NCBI GenBank assembly: GCA_033442325.1
Contig: JAWQFM010000004.1
Coordinates: 614,979 to 678,978 of the forward strand
Source of the DNA: Salpingoeca rosetta
Lineage: Eukaryota > Protista > Choanoflagellata
Length of the DNA stretch: 64,000 bases
Reading direction: 5' to 3'
Part shown: piece after piece, positions 61,590-64,000 of the stretch
Layout of the letters: each line of letters begins with the position of its first letter
Position numbering within the stretch: position 1 is the stretch's first letter
Notes under the pieces: generated by a model
The model's input: the letters and a program-made list of their open reading frames with translations, nothing else
Database searches by the model: none
What the model was told of the DNA's origin: nothing
Position numbers and translations under genes: made by a program

Positions 61590-64000
61590 CGTCGTGTGTT
61601 TTATTACACTGGTGCTGTGGAGGCGTTGGAGGGGAAAGCAGGTGCCATCGGATGGTGGGTGCAAAGGTAGGTGGTGCACCACACACAACAGCACCCACAG
61701 CACTGTGGACAGGACAACAAGCAGGGAACAAAGATCGGTCGGGTGGTTGTCCGTGTGAGCAGCAGTGTGTGTGTGTGTGTGTGTGTGAGACGGACAAACA
61801 ACGTTTGTTTGTATGCGTGTGTGTGTGTGTGCGTGTGTGGTGTGCGTGGGGTGTGTGGATATGCGTGTGTGTATGTGGTGTGCGTGGGGTGTGTGGATAT
61901 GCGTGTGTGTGGATATGCGTGTGTGTGTGGTGTGCGTGTGTGAAGGAGTTGGTGGTAAAGAAGGGTGAGAACAGAGGGAACACCACTGGCAGTTTGGGCC
62001 AGATGGAGCAGTCAATGCACAGAGCCCACAGGGCACGCAAGAAGCAAAGGCAATGTGGGAATGAGATGGAAATGAACAAGTGGACAGTGCCACCACCACC
62101 ACGTCGTGGGGAAGATTGCACTGACAGAGGAAGGAGAGGAGAGGCAAGAGGCAACGTAGGAAGAAAAACCAAAAGGCTGGAGGAGAGAGAAAGGTGAGGG
62201 GGGGGGACAAAGAAGCACGCACGCGAGAGAAAGGCAAGGTGGCGGTGGTGAAGCAGAACAAAGAGGATGTGTGGCGGTGCAAGCAGAAGAATGCGTTGAG
62301 GTTGTGAAATGTCTTTGTGGTGGACGGGTTGGAAGTGGTCTTTCACTGAAAGGATGGCGTGAGTCGAGAGTGTGTAGTTCGTTGTGGATGTGCTTGCTTG
62401 CGTGTGACAACAAGCAAGCACAGCAGAGTTCAGCTCAGCAGGACATACGCACCTGTTCTGGCACCAAGAAGGTTGATGGGGAAGAGGACAACGATGCTGC
62501 TGCTCCTGCTGCTGCTGTTCTTACTGCTGTTGTTCTTGCTGCTGCTGTTGCTGTTGTTGTTGTGGTGGTGGTGAGGCACGTCGTCGGCCATGGGGAGCAA
62601 AGGACTGCAAAACCTGTGCGTGTGCGTGTGCGTGTGTGTGTGTGTGCGTGTGCGTGTGTGTGTGTGTGCGTGAACTTCTTTGTGCGTCTCTCTCTTTGTT
62701 GCCACAAGTCAGCACGACAACAACAAAGAGAACCCCCCAACAACGATGTGGTGTGGGAAGGTGGGCCAAAGAAGAAAGATGGCCCACTGCCGCCACAGCA
62801 GAAGAGGACACGGCATTCAACTCACCAATTGACAAGCAAACAAGCAGCGCATCCGCCTCTCTGACCGCACTTCTTGTCAGGCGTGGTTGGCGATATCGTC
62901 GGTTTGTCACGCATTTGCACAAATGACACACAACAGGCAAAAGCACGCACCCGCACACACACACGGCTGTTGTCTTGTGATGGTGCACTCAGGTGGTTGG
63001 TAACACACCGCCGACAACAACAACCCCACCAATATGCGACACATCATCAACGCACGCCCCAGTGCAACCAAGCCCCGCTCGCTGGGAACAATTTTCGCTG
63101 GGTGGGATGAATGGTCGCAAACCATGAGCAAACAAAGCCACTTCCAGCACGGAAAAGCAGATGTGGGACTGTATTGCTTGCACAGTCACGCAACCACAGA
63201 CCACACGCCAAACCTGCGAAAGTGACACACCGCCACGTCGAGCTGACGGTGATTGGCGATTTTGTCCGCACCACACACTGTGGAAGATATCCATGGGTTT
63301 TCTTTCGCAAAATTTTTAAACAAATTTCAGCCGTCCGTGCAAGCGCACACCGCACACGACCAAACACACCTCCCACACTCACACGCCCACAAGTCACATG
63401 TGTGCATGTTCAGAGAGCACTTTTCTTGCACTTCAGTGTTGCTGGACAAAGTTGCCTCAAGCCACTTCCAAAAGTTGGTTGGGGTCCCATGAGTAGGTGC
63501 GTGGGCAAGCTTACAAACCAGCAAGCAGAGCACTCGTTTGGCATCCCCATCCAATGCAAGATTGCAATCAACAGGCCCGGCGCCTCACGTGCGTGTGTGC
63601 ACACTTGTCAAGGATTGCTTCTGATTGGCCTATTGGCCGTTTGGCACTGGCGTGATTACAATGAGCCGTGGTGGATAGTCCATGCAAACCAAGATAAAGT
63701 GCTGATGCTGACGTGGCACACAGTGACAGCTGTGTGCATGCAGTGGTGTGTCTGTCACACATGACAACTCCGTGGAAACTGACAAATGCAATGGTGATGA
63801 AATGTAGCAGAGAACTAGAGGCGAGGTGGTGTGTGCAGTGAATGTCTCATCCGCAAAGACAAAGAACGAGGGGAAGCCACACACTCACACACTATCTCAC
63901 ACCCTCGCTCATCAATGCTTTGTATGGCTTGAACGTCGAAGGAAACAGCGACAACAGTCGCAGCTGCAATTGTGTGCGCAACGCACGCAAGGAGAAGCAA

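Noticed and set aside
63520-63965. Possible terminal exons of a further minus-strand gene
   Set aside because: AG/GT boundaries exist around 63963-63902, but there is no recognisable product or determinable frame.

Overview
Eukaryotic, intron-rich, GC-rich genomic DNA. Introns are packed with (GT)n/(CA)n and trinucleotide microsatellites and there are five assembly gaps. Composition, intron style and low-complexity protein insertions resemble a choanoflagellate such as Salpingoeca rosetta; this is an inference, not a database result. Most entries in the six-frame track are microsatellite artefacts, so I rebuilt the genes exon by exon. In order: a partial signal-anchor gene (-); a bacterial-type secreted right-handed beta-helix (GH141-like) glycosidase whose core appears scrambled (+); an ARHGAP18/Conundrum-type RhoGAP (-); SNF8/VPS22 (-); TMEM184 (+); IBTK-like ANK-RCC1-BTB with an extra UBA-like motif (+); an intronless secreted 7-repeat beta-propeller (-); GCDH (+); NUDCD2 (+); a co-oriented minus-strand block of an intronless divergent XPG/EXO1-type nuclease, a hidden 5-exon SOCS-box protein, a palindrome-rich unique island and an orphan gene; a BUD23-like methyltransferase paralogue (+); PIGA (-); an intronless SGNH-like protein lacking the GDS serine (+); and a membrane-anchored RBR E3 ligase (-). 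I saw no rRNA, tRNA, CRISPR array or unambiguous transposase. The best candidate for an undescribed system is the 40.1-46.4 kb nuclease/SOCS-box block. Other notable points are the out-of-order core of the beta-helix gene and the microsatellite-built splice sites.
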